64,000 bases of DNA from Chloroflexota bacterium. GTDB taxonomy: Bacteria; Chloroflexota; Dehalococcoidia; Dehalococcoidales; JACQON01. The notes beneath the pieces are model-generated. The model was not told where the DNA came from, did not search any database, and worked only from the letters and a program-made list of their open reading frames with translations. The DNA is taken from positions 33,599 through 97,598 of the forward strand of contig JACQON010000030.1 of the NCBI GenBank assembly GCA_016202545.1. Direction: 5' to 3'. Shown here in pieces: positions 15,822 through 25,783 of this stretch; position 1 is the first letter of the stretch; the number at the start of each line of letters is the position of its first letter. Made by a program: the position numbers and the translations under genes.

Positions 15822-16063
15822 CTAAGTCATAATTCTCACAATTTCTTCGACTGTCCAAATTTGATTCGCTATCCCCGCTGCCATCGCCGGTGTTCTCGGA
15901 TATGGATTAGCCAGCGTCTTATGTGGTCTGGCAAAGTCGTAGTATATGAAATGCAGGGCTGCATGATATTCTGGTGCTCAACCTTCTTTGAAAAACCATT
16001 GGTTAATCGGATAAACCGCCTCATGCACATTCGCATAGTAAGATTCTGACGCTTTCTGTCTGT
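15822..16063 (-). pseudogene. 5'-truncated, frameshifted DDE transposase C-terminal remnant (IS1-family-like tail)
   Basis: My own minus-strand translation: frame 1 reads DRKRQNLTMRMCMRRFIRLTNGFSKKVEHQNI, and after a 1-nt shift near 15965-15976 it reads HAALHFIYYDFARPHKTLANPYPRTPAMAAGIANQIWTVEEIVRIMT*. Only about 80 codons remain. Confidence 0.6.
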
Positions 16064-16098
16064 TGCAAGCGCGTGTCCTCTCCCAAATGCCAGGGAAC

Positions 16099-17637
16099 TC
16101 AGTGGGTTTCCCAGACTACCTCGCCGCCAATGATGGCCATTTCCACCTTGATATCCTTTATCCTCTGCGGAGGCGACGTGGTCGGGTCATCGCTCAGCAC
16201 CACCATATCGGCCAGCTTGCCCGGGGTGATGGAGCCCTTTATCCCTTCTTCACAGGAGGCGTGGGCGGCATTTATGGTGTACATGGCCAGCGCCTGAGCC
16301 GGCGAGACGGCTTCCCGGGACAGGACTTCTTCCCCGGACTCAGCCTTTCTGGTGACGGCGGCATATATGCCCACCAGGGGATTGGCGGGCGCTATCGGGG
16401 AATCTGAGCTGCCGGCGACAACCAGGCCGGCATCGAATAAGGACCTGATGCGGTATAGCCACGGCAACCGGGCGGGCGACACCGTGGCCAGATACCTCTG
16501 GCCGCTGTAGAAAAGGAAAGGCGGCTGGGTGACGACCACCGGCTGAAGCTGGCTCAACCGCTCAAGCAGCCGGGGTGGACATTGTGAGCAGTGCTCGATG
16601 CGGTGGCGCCGCCTGGCTCGCGGCAGCCGGCTGCGAGCGTACTCCAGGGCAGTGATGGCCGCCTCCAGGGCGCTCTGCTCAATGGCGTGTATGGCTACCT
16701 GAAATCCGGCCCGATGGGCCTGGAGCACCTGCCGGTCCAATTCCGGCTGTGGCGGGTACAATTGACCGGTGGCCTCCTCCAGGACTATCTTCACCCCGCC
16801 CAGACGCAACTGGCTGTCGCCTGAGCCTGAAGCCAGCCCCGCCTCCTGAAAGCGGCCCAGGGACTCCATGCCGAACATCATGGATATCCGGCTCTTCAGC
16901 TTGCCAGCCTCCTTGACCCGGCGCAGGGTCTGCCAGCGGCCCGGGTCATTGCTGATGGTGGCGTCCTGAAGTGAGGTGATGCCCTGCGACAGATAATGCT
17001 CGTTGGCCATGGCCATGCCCCGGGCCAGTTCGTCTTCGGTCAGCGGCGGCATCACCTTCTCCCTGATGTAGCCCAGCATCTCAAACAGCAGCCCGGTCGG
17101 TTCTCCGGTGTCGAGGTCCCGGTCAATGAGACCGCCTGGCGGGTCGGGCGTTTCCGCGGTGATGCCGGCCAGGGACAGCGCCAGGCTATTTAGCACGCAG
17201 GCATGCAGGGAGCGATGGGTCAGCACCACCGGATGGCGGGGCGCCGCTTCATCTATATCCCGGCGAGTGGGGTGGCGCTTCTCAGCGAGGTAGAACTCGT
17301 TATAGCCGGTGCCGCTGAGCCACTGTCCGGGTGGGGTATTCCGCGCCCGGCGGCTGATGGCCGCCTTTATATCGCTGATGGAGTTGAGCGACGGAGGCCC
17401 TAGGTCAAGGCTGGACTGCTTCCTGATGAAGGAGAACAGGTGGCAATGGGCATCGTTAAAGCCGGGGACGACTGTCTTACCCCGGCAGTCAATCACCCTG
17501 GTGCCGGTAACCAGTTCCTGGTTGCCAGCGACGAGCGAAATCCGGTCCCCCTTGATGGCCACCAGCCCGGCATAAGGCTGCCTGGGGTCCATGGTTATCA
17601 CGTTGGCCCGCTTGAGAACAAGGTCGGCGTCTGGCAT
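16099..17637 (-). CDS. Amidohydrolase family protein (YtcJ-like metal-dependent hydrolase)
   Basis: [16 protein letters not shown] and SSDSP motifs are present. The start is set at the ATG at 17637 ([17 protein letters not shown]); the ORF-track TTG at 17736 is less likely. Confidence 0.8.
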   Translation of the reverse strand: MPDADLVLKRANVITMDPRQPYAGLVAIKGDRISLVAGNQELVTGTRVIDCRGKTVVPGFNDAHCHLFSFIRKQSSLDLGPPSLNSISDIKAAISRRARNTPPGQWLSGTGYNEFYLAEKRHPTRRDIDEAAPRHPVVLTHRSLHACVLNSLALSLAGITAETPDPPGGLIDRDLDTGEPTGLLFEMLGYIREKVMPPLTEDELARGMAMANEHYLSQGITSLQDATISNDPGRWQTLRRVKEAGKLKSRISMMFGMESLGRFQEAGLASGSGDSQLRLGGVKIVLEEATGQLYPPQPELDRQVLQAHRAGFQVAIHAIEQSALEAAITALEYARSRLPRARRRHRIEHCSQCPPRLLERLSQLQPVVVTQPPFLFYSGQRYLATVSPARLPWLYRIRSLFDAGLVVAGSSDSPIAPANPLVGIYAAVTRKAESGEEVLSREAVSPAQALAMYTINAAHASCEEGIKGSITPGKLADMVVLSDDPTTSPPQRIKDIKVEMAIIGGEVVWETH

Positions 17638-17879
17638 GTTGCTCTTCACTGTCGCTTGGGTGGCTAAATATATAGTATACCGCCGGTGCTGCCAGGCTAC
17701 AATGCGGCCCGCATAGTTTGAGAGCGTCTTTGACAAAAGGTCAGGCCTCCTGAGTGTGGAAGGGGCAGGCTGTTGAACACGCCGGTGAAAAAGGATTTGT
17801 TAGCCAGCTTAAGTTGTGTTAAAATTTAATGGTTGTTATGCTATAATTATAAGTTAAATGCAGAGAGTGAGGGTATAAC

Positions 17880-18143
17880 TTGGAGAAAGCAAAGAAAGCG
17901 GAAATCACAAGCAAGTTCGGGGAGCGCGAAGGGAACACCGGCTCAACTGAAGTACAGGTAGCGCTGTTGACCGAGAGGATAAGCGAGCTGACCCAGCATA
18001 TGGCGGCCAATCGCCATGACTATCACTCGCAGCGCGGGCTGCTCAAGCTGGTTGGACATAGGCGGAGGCTGCTGGCTTATTTGAGCAAGCAGGATGCCAG
18101 CCGATATCGCAAGCTCATCGCTGAACTCGGGCTGCGCAAGTAA
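17880..18143 (+). CDS. rpsO: 30S ribosomal protein S15
   Basis: 87 aa: [48 protein letters not shown]. Confidence 0.95.
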   Translation: MEKAKKAEITSKFGEREGNTGSTEVQVALLTERISELTQHMAANRHDYHSQRGLLKLVGHRRRLLAYLSKQDASRYRKLIAELGLRK

Positions 18144-18158
18144 AAGGGGGAAGTTTAG

Positions 18159-20333
18159 TTGGAAATAGGTCAGGTTTTTGAACGTGAAATTGCAGGTAGA
18201 CGGTTGTCTATTGAAACAGGCAAGCTGGCCAGGCAGGCCGATGGCGCGGTAACAGTCCGCTATGGAGACACTGTGGTCCTGGTTACCGTCTGCGTCAGCG
18301 AGGAGCAGCGAGAAGGCACCGACTTTCTGCCGCTTACCGTTGACTACGAAGAAAGGTTATACGCCGCCGGCAAGATTCCGGGCGGGTTCATCAGAAGGGA
18401 AGGCCGCCCCAGCGAAGAGGCAACCCTGGCCAGCCGGCTCACTGACCGGTCAATACGTCCGCTGCTGCCTAAAGCGTGGCGCAATGATATTCAGGTCATA
18501 ATCACCGTACTTTCCGCCGACCAGGAAAACGACCCTGATATTCTGGCAGTTATCGGCGCTTCCGCCGCCCTGTCGATATCGGAAGTTCCTTTTTACGGCC
18601 CGGTGGGTGCGGTCCATGTCGGCTATATCAACGACGAGCTAGTGTTGAATCCAATATTGCCCGAGCTTGAGCACAGCCTGTTCGACCTTGTCGTCGTCAG
18701 CACCAGCCAGGTGGTGGTCATGGTGGAGGCCGGCGCCAAGGAAGTCCCGGTGGAGCTTATCACCAGGGCGATGAGGTTCGGCCATGAGGCAAACCAGGAA
18801 ATCATCAGGCTCCAGGAGCAGCTTCAGAAGGAATGCGGCAAGGCCAAGGTGGAAGCCCCGGTGGTCAATGTGGACCTGGAAATAGCTTCGGCGGTATCAT
18901 CAATCATCGGTGGCAGGCTGGTCCAGGCCTTGAGCCAGACGGGGAAAGCGCAGCGTGAACAGGCGCTGTCCGGCCTGAAAAAGGAGGTCGTGGACGGCCT
19001 CAAGGAATTGCCCGAGGCTGACGTCGTTGCCGCCTTTGACGCCAGGGTCAAAGAGGAGCTGAGACGCAGCATTCTTGACACGGGCAGGCGCATTGACGGG
19101 CGTGGCCTGGGCGAGGTCAGGCCGATTAGCTGCGAGGTAGGGCTTCTGCCCCGCACTCATGGCTCGGCCATGTTCACCCGGGGTGAGACCCAGGTGTTGA
19201 CCATCACCACCCTGGGCTCTGTCGGGGCGGAGCAGCGCCTCAACGGACTGGGAATAGAGGAGAGCAAGCGGTTCATGCATCACTACAACTTTCCCCCCTT
19301 TTCCACCGGCGAGGTGAAGCGCGTGGGCACGCCCGGCCGCCGCGAAATCGGACATGGAGCTCTAGCTGAACGGGCGTTGCTGCCGACCCTGCCCACCGAT
19401 GAGGACTTCTCGTACACCATCCGCCTGGTCTCTGAGGTGCTGGGCTCCAATGGCAGCACTTCTATGGCCAGTACCTGTGCCGGCAGCCTGTCCCTGATGG
19501 ATGCCGGGATACCGGTGAAAAGGCCGGTAGCCGGCGCAGCCATGGGCCTGGTCACCGGCGAGGACGGCAGATATGCTATCCTCACCGATATCGATGGGCT
19601 GGAGGACGCCTATGGCGACATGGACTTCAAGGTGGCCGGTACTGATGTGGGTATTACGGCGCTTCAGCTTGATACCAAGCTTAAGGGCATAAGCATAGAG
19701 GTCCTGGACGAGGCGCTACGCCAGGCCGGGGAAGCCTACCGTTTCATCCTGGACAAGATGCGGCAGACCATCAGCTCCAACCGCCCCCAGCTAAGTCCCT
19801 ATGCGCCGCGAATGTTCAAGATGATGATTGACCCGGACAAAATCGGCGCCGTGATAGGCACCGGCGGCAAGACCATTCGCTCCATCATCGAGGAGACCAA
19901 GACCACCATTGACATCAACAATGACGGTACAGTGATAATTGGCTCACCTGATGAGGCGGCCGCCCACAAGGCCATGAAGATAATCGAGGGCCTGGTCAGA
20001 GAGGTGGAGGTAGGCGCCGTTTATACCGGCAAGGTAACCCGCGTGCTGAACTTCGGGGCCATGGTGGAAATCCTCCCCGGCAAGGAGGGCCTGGTGCATA
20101 TCAGCCAGCTGGCTGATTACCGCGTCGCCAGGGTTGAAGATGTGGTCAAGGTAGGCGATGAGATTACAGTCAAGGTGATTGAGATTGATAACCTGGGCAG
20201 GATAAACCTATCACGGCGCGCTATGTTGCCGGGAGCCCAGGCTGATGAGGCAGCGGCCCCGATGCCAACGGAGGGGCCGCGAGGCGGGCGTCCGCCACAG
20301 CGACCCTATCACTCCACGGGTAGAAAGGCATGA
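18159..20333 (+). CDS. pnp: Polyribonucleotide nucleotidyltransferase (PNPase)
   Basis: 724 aa with two RNase PH domains, a KH domain (IGAVIGTGGKTIRSI) and an S1 domain (YTGKVTRVLNFGAMVEI). Confidence 0.95.
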   Translation: MEIGQVFEREIAGRRLSIETGKLARQADGAVTVRYGDTVVLVTVCVSEEQREGTDFLPLTVDYEERLYAAGKIPGGFIRREGRPSEEATLASRLTDRSIRPLLPKAWRNDIQVIITVLSADQENDPDILAVIGASAALSISEVPFYGPVGAVHVGYINDELVLNPILPELEHSLFDLVVVSTSQVVVMVEAGAKEVPVELITRAMRFGHEANQEIIRLQEQLQKECGKAKVEAPVVNVDLEIASAVSSIIGGRLVQALSQTGKAQREQALSGLKKEVVDGLKELPEADVVAAFDARVKEELRRSILDTGRRIDGRGLGEVRPISCEVGLLPRTHGSAMFTRGETQVLTITTLGSVGAEQRLNGLGIEESKRFMHHYNFPPFSTGEVKRVGTPGRREIGHGALAERALLPTLPTDEDFSYTIRLVSEVLGSNGSTSMASTCAGSLSLMDAGIPVKRPVAGAAMGLVTGEDGRYAILTDIDGLEDAYGDMDFKVAGTDVGITALQLDTKLKGISIEVLDEALRQAGEAYRFILDKMRQTISSNRPQLSPYAPRMFKMMIDPDKIGAVIGTGGKTIRSIIEETKTTIDINNDGTVIIGSPDEAAAHKAMKIIEGLVREVEVGAVYTGKVTRVLNFGAMVEILPGKEGLVHISQLADYRVARVEDVVKVGDEITVKVIEIDNLGRINLSRRAMLPGAQADEAAAPMPTEGPRGGRPPQRPYHSTGRKA

Positions 20334-21145
20334 GCAACGGGGAGATGAAACCGATTAAGGTGGTAGTCTACGGCGCACTGGGCAGGATGGGCCAGGAGGT
20401 GGTCAACGCCCTGTGCCGTGAGCCAGAAATGCAGGTGACGGGAGCGGTGGAATTAAAGTCAAGCCAGGACCATCTGCCCCTGCCCGGCGGCTCTGGAGCG
20501 GTCCCCCTTTCCGCCGACCTGGACTACATACTGACCACCTGCCAGCCGGATGTCCTGGTGGACTTCACGGTTGCCCGGGCGACCGTGTCGGCTGCGCGCG
20601 TCGCCACCAAAAGGGGAGTTAACCTGGTCATTGGCACCACCGGGCTGACCACTGATGACGTCGAGGAGATAGGTCGCCTGGCCACCGCCCATAAGGTTGG
20701 GGCAGTGGTGGCACCGAATTTCGCCCTGGGAGCGGTGCTGATGGTGCACCTGGCCAGGATAGCCGCCAGATACCTTGACTACGCTGAAATCATAGAGCTG
20801 CATCACCATCAGAAAGCAGACGCCCCCTCAGGGACTGCCCTGGCTACGGCCAGGGCCATGGTACAGGCCAGAGGCAAGCCCTTTGAGCGCACGCCGGGAC
20901 AGGACAAGCCCAGCCGGGGAGAACAGGTTGACGGCGTCAGCATTCACAGCGTGCGTATGCCTGGCCTCCTGGCGCATCAGGAGGTGCTCCTGGGAGCGCC
21001 GGGACAGACGCTCAGCATCCGGCATGATACCATCAGCCGGGAGTGCTTTATGCCCGGCGTTATCCTGGCCGTCAGGGAAGTGGTCAAACGCAAAGGGTTA
21101 GTTTACGGCCTGGATGCTTTGCTCAATCTACAGGAGGAGCGATGA
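20330..21145 (+). CDS. dapB: 4-hydroxy-tetrahydrodipicolinate reductase
   Basis: 271 aa: KVVVYGALGRMGQEV...ELHHHQKADAPSGTA. Confidence 0.9.
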   Translation: MSNGEMKPIKVVVYGALGRMGQEVVNALCREPEMQVTGAVELKSSQDHLPLPGGSGAVPLSADLDYILTTCQPDVLVDFTVARATVSAARVATKRGVNLVIGTTGLTTDDVEEIGRLATAHKVGAVVAPNFALGAVLMVHLARIAARYLDYAEIIELHHHQKADAPSGTALATARAMVQARGKPFERTPGQDKPSRGEQVDGVSIHSVRMPGLLAHQEVLLGAPGQTLSIRHDTISRECFMPGVILAVREVVKRKGLVYGLDALLNLQEER

Positions 21146-22224
21146 GCGAGTATAGAGTGGCTATCGTTGGCGCTACCGGCCTGGTGGGCCAGGAGTTCGT
21201 CAAGGTGCTGACACAGCGCAGCTTCCCGATGACGTCCGTCCGTCTTCTAGCTTCGGACCGTTCAGCGGGCAGTAAAATGTTTGTCAACCACGAGCAGATT
21301 GAAGTCGAAGAGGCCAGCCCTGATTCCTTCAAAGGGATAGATATTGCCCTGTTTTCGGCCGGCACTGAGGTCAGCCGTTACCTCTCGCCCATAGCGGCGC
21401 AGTCAGGGGCGGTTGTCATTGATAATAGCGCTGCTTTCAGGATGGTGCCTGAGGTGCCACTGGTAGTGCCCGAGATAAACCCTGATGACATCGGGCGGCA
21501 CCAGGGAATCATAGCCAATCCCAACTGCTCCACTATTCAAATGGTGATGGCCCTGTATCCCTTACACAAGGTCAATCCCATCAAGCGCGTTGTCGTCAGC
21601 ACCTACCAGTCGGTATCAGGCACCGGGGCGGCGGCTATGGAAGAGCTGACCACGCAGTCCAGGCAGGTGCTGGATGGACAGAACACCGCTCCCCACGTCT
21701 ACCCCCACCAGATAGCCTTTAACCTGCTGCCGGAGATAGATGTCTTCCTGGATAACGGCTATACCAAAGAAGAGTGGAAGATGGTGGAGGAGACCAAAAA
21801 GATAATGCACGCCGATGAGATAGCCATCTCGGCTACCTGCGTGCGTGTGCCGGTGTTTATCGCCCACAGCGAGGCAATTCACATCGAGTTCTCACGTCCC
21901 ATGTCTCCCGAGGAAGCGGTGCAGGTCCTCGCCCAGTCTCCGGGAGTCAAGGTGTTAAATGACCCCACTATCAGCCTTTATCCCCATCCCTGGGCGGCAG
22001 CGAACACCGACGATGTCTATGTGGGTCGCATCAGGAGAGATGCGTCTCATCCCAATGGCCTGGCCATGTGGGTGGTAGCCGATAATCTGCGCAAGGGAGC
22101 GGCGCTTAACGCAGTCCAGATTGCCGAGGAGATGACCAAACGGGGCTGGCTGCATACCGCCAAGGAGGTAACCCATGAAAAAACCTGGGCGGCTGTTGAC
22201 GGCGATGGTAACCCCGTTCGATGA
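21142..22224 (+). CDS. asd: Aspartate-semialdehyde dehydrogenase
   Basis: The start is the ATG at 21142, which overlaps the dapB stop as ATGA (MSEYRVAIVGATGLVGQEF). The active-site motif NPNCSTIQM is present. About 20 aa of C-terminal tail overlaps dapA by 50 nt. Confidence 0.9.
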   Translation: MSEYRVAIVGATGLVGQEFVKVLTQRSFPMTSVRLLASDRSAGSKMFVNHEQIEVEEASPDSFKGIDIALFSAGTEVSRYLSPIAAQSGAVVIDNSAAFRMVPEVPLVVPEINPDDIGRHQGIIANPNCSTIQMVMALYPLHKVNPIKRVVVSTYQSVSGTGAAAMEELTTQSRQVLDGQNTAPHVYPHQIAFNLLPEIDVFLDNGYTKEEWKMVEETKKIMHADEIAISATCVRVPVFIAHSEAIHIEFSRPMSPEEAVQVLAQSPGVKVLNDPTISLYPHPWAAANTDDVYVGRIRRDASHPNGLAMWVVADNLRKGAALNAVQIAEEMTKRGWLHTAKEVTHEKTWAAVDGDGNPVR

Positions 22225-23065
22225 GCGGGGAGAAGTTGACTACGAGCAGACTAAAAAGCTGGCCGTGGCCCTGCTTGATTCCGGGAGCGATGGGGTGGTG
22301 GTGGCGGGCACAACAGGGGAATCGGCGACTGTCACCTGGGATGAGGAGCAGCGGCTGTTCGCCGATGTGAAAGCGGCCATAGGAACACGCGGGACGCTGG
22401 TGGCCGGCACCGGCAGCAACAGCACCGCCGAGGCCGTAGAGGCGACCAGGAACGCCGAGCGCATCGGGGTGGATGCTTGCCTGCTGGTAGTACCCTACTA
22501 CAATAAGCCCACCCAGGATGGCCTGTACCAGCACTTCAAAGCCATCGCCGGGAGCACCAGCTTACCCTGCATCCTCTATAACGTGCCGTCACGCACGGTG
22601 ACTAACCTGGCGGCGGATACGGTCATCAGGCTGAGCCAGATTGATAACATCATCGGGGTAAAGGAGGCCAGCGGCAACCTGGAGCAGATTGCCACCATTA
22701 TCAGCGGCGCCAGGGATGGCTTCCTGGTCTGGAGCGGCAATGATGCCGATACCCTGCCCATACTTGCCCTGGGCGGCTACGGTGTCATCAGCGTTGCCTC
22801 TCACCTGGTGGGAAAGCAAATTAAGGACATGATTGACTGTGCTGTCAAGGGGGAAACGGGCAAAGCCGCCGCCATACACCGGCGCTTGCTGCCGCTGTTC
22901 AATGCCATGTTTGTCGTCTCCAACCCGATTCCGGTAAAATACGCCCTCAACCAGGTCGGCTTCCGCGCTGGCAAGCCGCGCCTGCCTCTCGTTGAGGCCG
23001 ATGAAAAATCGGCCGCGGTTATCAAAAACACCCTGAAGAAATACCAGATTGACCTGCCGGTGTAA
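22175..23065 (+). CDS. dapA: 4-hydroxy-tetrahydrodipicolinate synthase
   Basis: 296 aa: TAMVTPFDERGEVDY...VVAGTTGESAT...YYNKPTQ. A strong RBS, AAGGAGGT, precedes it. Confidence 0.9.
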   Translation: MKKPGRLLTAMVTPFDERGEVDYEQTKKLAVALLDSGSDGVVVAGTTGESATVTWDEEQRLFADVKAAIGTRGTLVAGTGSNSTAEAVEATRNAERIGVDACLLVVPYYNKPTQDGLYQHFKAIAGSTSLPCILYNVPSRTVTNLAADTVIRLSQIDNIIGVKEASGNLEQIATIISGARDGFLVWSGNDADTLPILALGGYGVISVASHLVGKQIKDMIDCAVKGETGKAAAIHRRLLPLFNAMFVVSNPIPVKYALNQVGFRAGKPRLPLVEADEKSAAVIKNTLKKYQIDLPV

Positions 23066-23294
23066 AAGTAGGGGGATATTTTCGATAATAGAGGTTCGCT
23101 TGACAAGATGGGTCATCCCTCTTCAATTCTCCCCAGGGCAAAGTAGACTTCCCGATGTCTATTCATGTGCCGCCTCCAACAACCTGAAACAGCAACCTGG
23201 CAAGAGCTTTTCAAAATCACGCCTGGCGCGGCCCCCGGCCAGTTTTGCTGATATGCGGAGGAATTGGTAGAATGGAGCCAAGTTAAGAGCTGTT

Positions 23295-24044
23295 ATGTTG
23301 ATTTGGGCTACTCGCGCACTGGCCTTTTTGTTAGCGGTTGTTTTGGGGCTTGGCTACCGTCGTGTGAATATTCCGCGCCAGGTAAGCCGTGAAGGTATAG
23401 AAAATGGCGAGGCAGTCCAGGCCTACAACCGTATCAGCCGGTGGCCCCAGTTTGGTCTCCTCCGGCGCATGATTTTAAGTGAAATAAGAGCCTGCGAGCC
23501 TGAGGGAACTATAGTAGATGTGGGCTGCGGTCCCGGCTACCTGGTTGCCGCCGTGGCGAAATCCTTTCCACGGCTGCATATCATCGGGGTAGACATCTCA
23601 GAAGAGATGATTCAACAGGCAGCTCGCAACGTATCCTCGCTGGGACTTGGCGAGCGCGTGGAATTCCGACAGAGGGATGTTAAGCAGATGCCATTTGAAG
23701 ATAACTCCGTGGATTTCGTGGTGAGCACGCTATCGCTGCATCACTGGTCGGAATCGAAAGAGTCCCTGGAGGAAATTCACAGAGTCCTGAAACCCGAAGG
23801 ACAGTTTCTCATCTTCGACCTGAGGCGGGATGCCAGGCAACTGTTTTACTGGCTGCTTCACTTCGCCCAGAGATTTGTGGTGCCGGCCGAGCTCCGGAGC
23901 GTCAACGAACCCACCGGCTCAGCCCGGTCGAGCTACACGCCGGCAGAGGTGGAAGCCATCATTCTGGAGACGCCGTTTCAACAATATAAGATTAAGCCGG
24001 GATTTGGCTGGATGTTCATCTGGGGACGCAAAAGCCGGTGGTGA
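23295..24044 (+). CDS. Class I SAM-dependent methyltransferase with an N-terminal TM segment
   Basis: The VDVGCGPGYL motif is followed by LKPEGQFLIFD. Confidence 0.8.
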   Translation: MLIWATRALAFLLAVVLGLGYRRVNIPRQVSREGIENGEAVQAYNRISRWPQFGLLRRMILSEIRACEPEGTIVDVGCGPGYLVAAVAKSFPRLHIIGVDISEEMIQQAARNVSSLGLGERVEFRQRDVKQMPFEDNSVDFVVSTLSLHHWSESKESLEEIHRVLKPEGQFLIFDLRRDARQLFYWLLHFAQRFVVPAELRSVNEPTGSARSSYTPAEVEAIILETPFQQYKIKPGFGWMFIWGRKSRW

Positions 24045-24073
24045 CTTTAAGTTCCACAGTCGCAGGGTGTTCG

Positions 24074-24093
24074 AGGGGGACTTCAGTCCCCCT
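24074..24093. terminator. GC hairpin AGGGGGAC-ttca-GTCCCCCT between convergent genes
   Basis: An 8-bp perfect stem, followed by TTCAAAT on the plus strand. The T-tract is weak. Confidence 0.3.
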
Positions 24094-24141
24094 TTCAAAT
24101 CTGTCGCCGCTCCTCCTTTTAGTGAAAATGTGAGCGAAGGT

Positions 24142-25761
24142 TCATAATGCTCCCTTTACGTTGACCGGCGTGAGCTTGAGCGCCATCTCTCCTCCCTGCC
24201 GGCGAATCTCAACCGTCTTCAGCCAGCGCTGGTCATCCTCTTCGGGATAATCGCTGCGATAGTGAGCTCCCCGGCTCTCGGTCCTGGTCAGGGCGGCCAG
24301 GCAGATAATATCGGCCACGGACAGCATGTTGGCAAGCTTGGCCGTTTGATATTGCTGGTGATGCTCGGTTACGGTTATTCTTTTCAGTTGCTCTCGCAGC
24401 GCCGATAGCTCCTTTTGGGCAGCCTCAATACCCTTCCTGTCTCTGAGTACACCCGCCCCATCCCACATGACCTGCTGGAGCGAAAGCTGAAGCCGCTCCG
24501 GGCTTTCCCCGTCCCTGCCTGCGGCCAGACCGTTCAGCCTCTCCATCTCAGCCGCTACCTCGCTCCGGGGAACCGGTGTCAGGCTGGATTTTGATGCCCT
24601 GGCGGCCGCCCTGTCTCCAGCGATGGTGCCGAAGACGAGTATCTCGGTGATGGCATTGGAGGTAAGTCGGTTGGCGCCGTGAATTCCGCCACATACTTCA
24701 CCGGCAGCATACAGGCCGTTTATGCCGACCTCCACATCATGGCTCATCTTTACCCCCCCCATGAAGAAATGGACAGCGGGAGAGGCCGAGAAACTTTCCG
24801 GTGGGAGGGTGTTTCCGGGATAGCCCCGGCGCTCTTTCTCCGGCACGCGCTTCAGGTCACAGATAACCCCGCCCTCAACCCCTCTGCCTTCGGCAATCTC
24901 CTTCATCATCATCCTGGCCAGCATGTCCCTGGTCGGTGACGGTTCGCCATATTTCTCCAGGATATCGTCGCCGGCGGAGTTCCTGAAGACCGCCCCTTTG
25001 GTTATGAACTCCTCATAGAAGAATATCTTGCTGCCATTCTTGCCCCGGCAGGTGGGGTAAAACTGTATGAACTCCATGTCTCGCAGCGTTGCCCCCGCCT
25101 GGTAGGCCAGGGCATAGCCATCCCCGGTCATACTCAGGGAGTTGGTCGTCCTGAGATAGAGATGCCCGGCGCCACCCGTGGCCAGTACCGTGGACCTGGC
25201 GTTGGCGATGAACGCCTGGCCCTTTTCATCTATGAGCAGCCCGCCCACCACGGCGTTCTCAGCCTGCAGCAGCCTGGTCACCAGGACTCCTTCCATAAAC
25301 CGGACGCCCAGGCTCGCCGCATGCTGCCGCATGGGTACGGTCAGGTGGATACCTCTTTCCTGGTCAAAGCTCATGGTCCGGGGGTAGCTATGGCCGGGTA
25401 TCGCCATTGACCTGTACTTCTCGTCGAACTTACTGACTCCGAAGCTCCTCAAATCATGATACTGCTGCGCTGCGGCACGGGCCATGGTCTCAACCATGTT
25501 ACGGTCATTGAGGAAGCGGCCAGCGATGATGGTATCCCGAAGATGCGCTTCAGGGGAGTCGCCGGTTTCCGGGTAGATGCCGGCGGCGGCGAAGCCAGCC
25601 CCGGAAATAGCCGTATTATTTTTGAAGCCAACCGGCGATTCGGATACAAGCAGCACGTCCTGGCCATGTTTCCTGGCCTCGATAGCGGCCCTCAGGCCGG
25701 CGCCTCCGCCGCCAACCACCAGCACATCGGCCTTTATCGTCTGAGCTATCTCCAGTTTCAT
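24142..25761 (-). CDS. FAD-binding oxidoreductase of the succinate dehydrogenase / fumarate reductase flavoprotein family (L-aspartate oxidase-like)
   Basis: 539 aa: DVLVVGGGGAGLRAA...RTESRGAHYRSDYPEEDD. There is no adjacent Fe-S or membrane subunit. Confidence 0.7.
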   Translation of the reverse strand: MKLEIAQTIKADVLVVGGGGAGLRAAIEARKHGQDVLLVSESPVGFKNNTAISGAGFAAAGIYPETGDSPEAHLRDTIIAGRFLNDRNMVETMARAAAQQYHDLRSFGVSKFDEKYRSMAIPGHSYPRTMSFDQERGIHLTVPMRQHAASLGVRFMEGVLVTRLLQAENAVVGGLLIDEKGQAFIANARSTVLATGGAGHLYLRTTNSLSMTGDGYALAYQAGATLRDMEFIQFYPTCRGKNGSKIFFYEEFITKGAVFRNSAGDDILEKYGEPSPTRDMLARMMMKEIAEGRGVEGGVICDLKRVPEKERRGYPGNTLPPESFSASPAVHFFMGGVKMSHDVEVGINGLYAAGEVCGGIHGANRLTSNAITEILVFGTIAGDRAAARASKSSLTPVPRSEVAAEMERLNGLAAGRDGESPERLQLSLQQVMWDGAGVLRDRKGIEAAQKELSALREQLKRITVTEHHQQYQTAKLANMLSVADIICLAALTRTESRGAHYRSDYPEEDDQRWLKTVEIRRQGGEMALKLTPVNVKGAL

Positions 25762-25783
25762 CTCTTACCTCCGCGCGCAGGCG

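Noticed and set aside
23066-23294. A shared 11-mer, AATAGAGGTTC, at 23086 and 31713, plus other short exact matches such as GTAAACAATCTC at 7203 and 39607.
   Set aside because: Exact 11-12-mers shared by chance are expected hundreds of times in a 64-kb window counted on both strands. There is no extended similarity around them.
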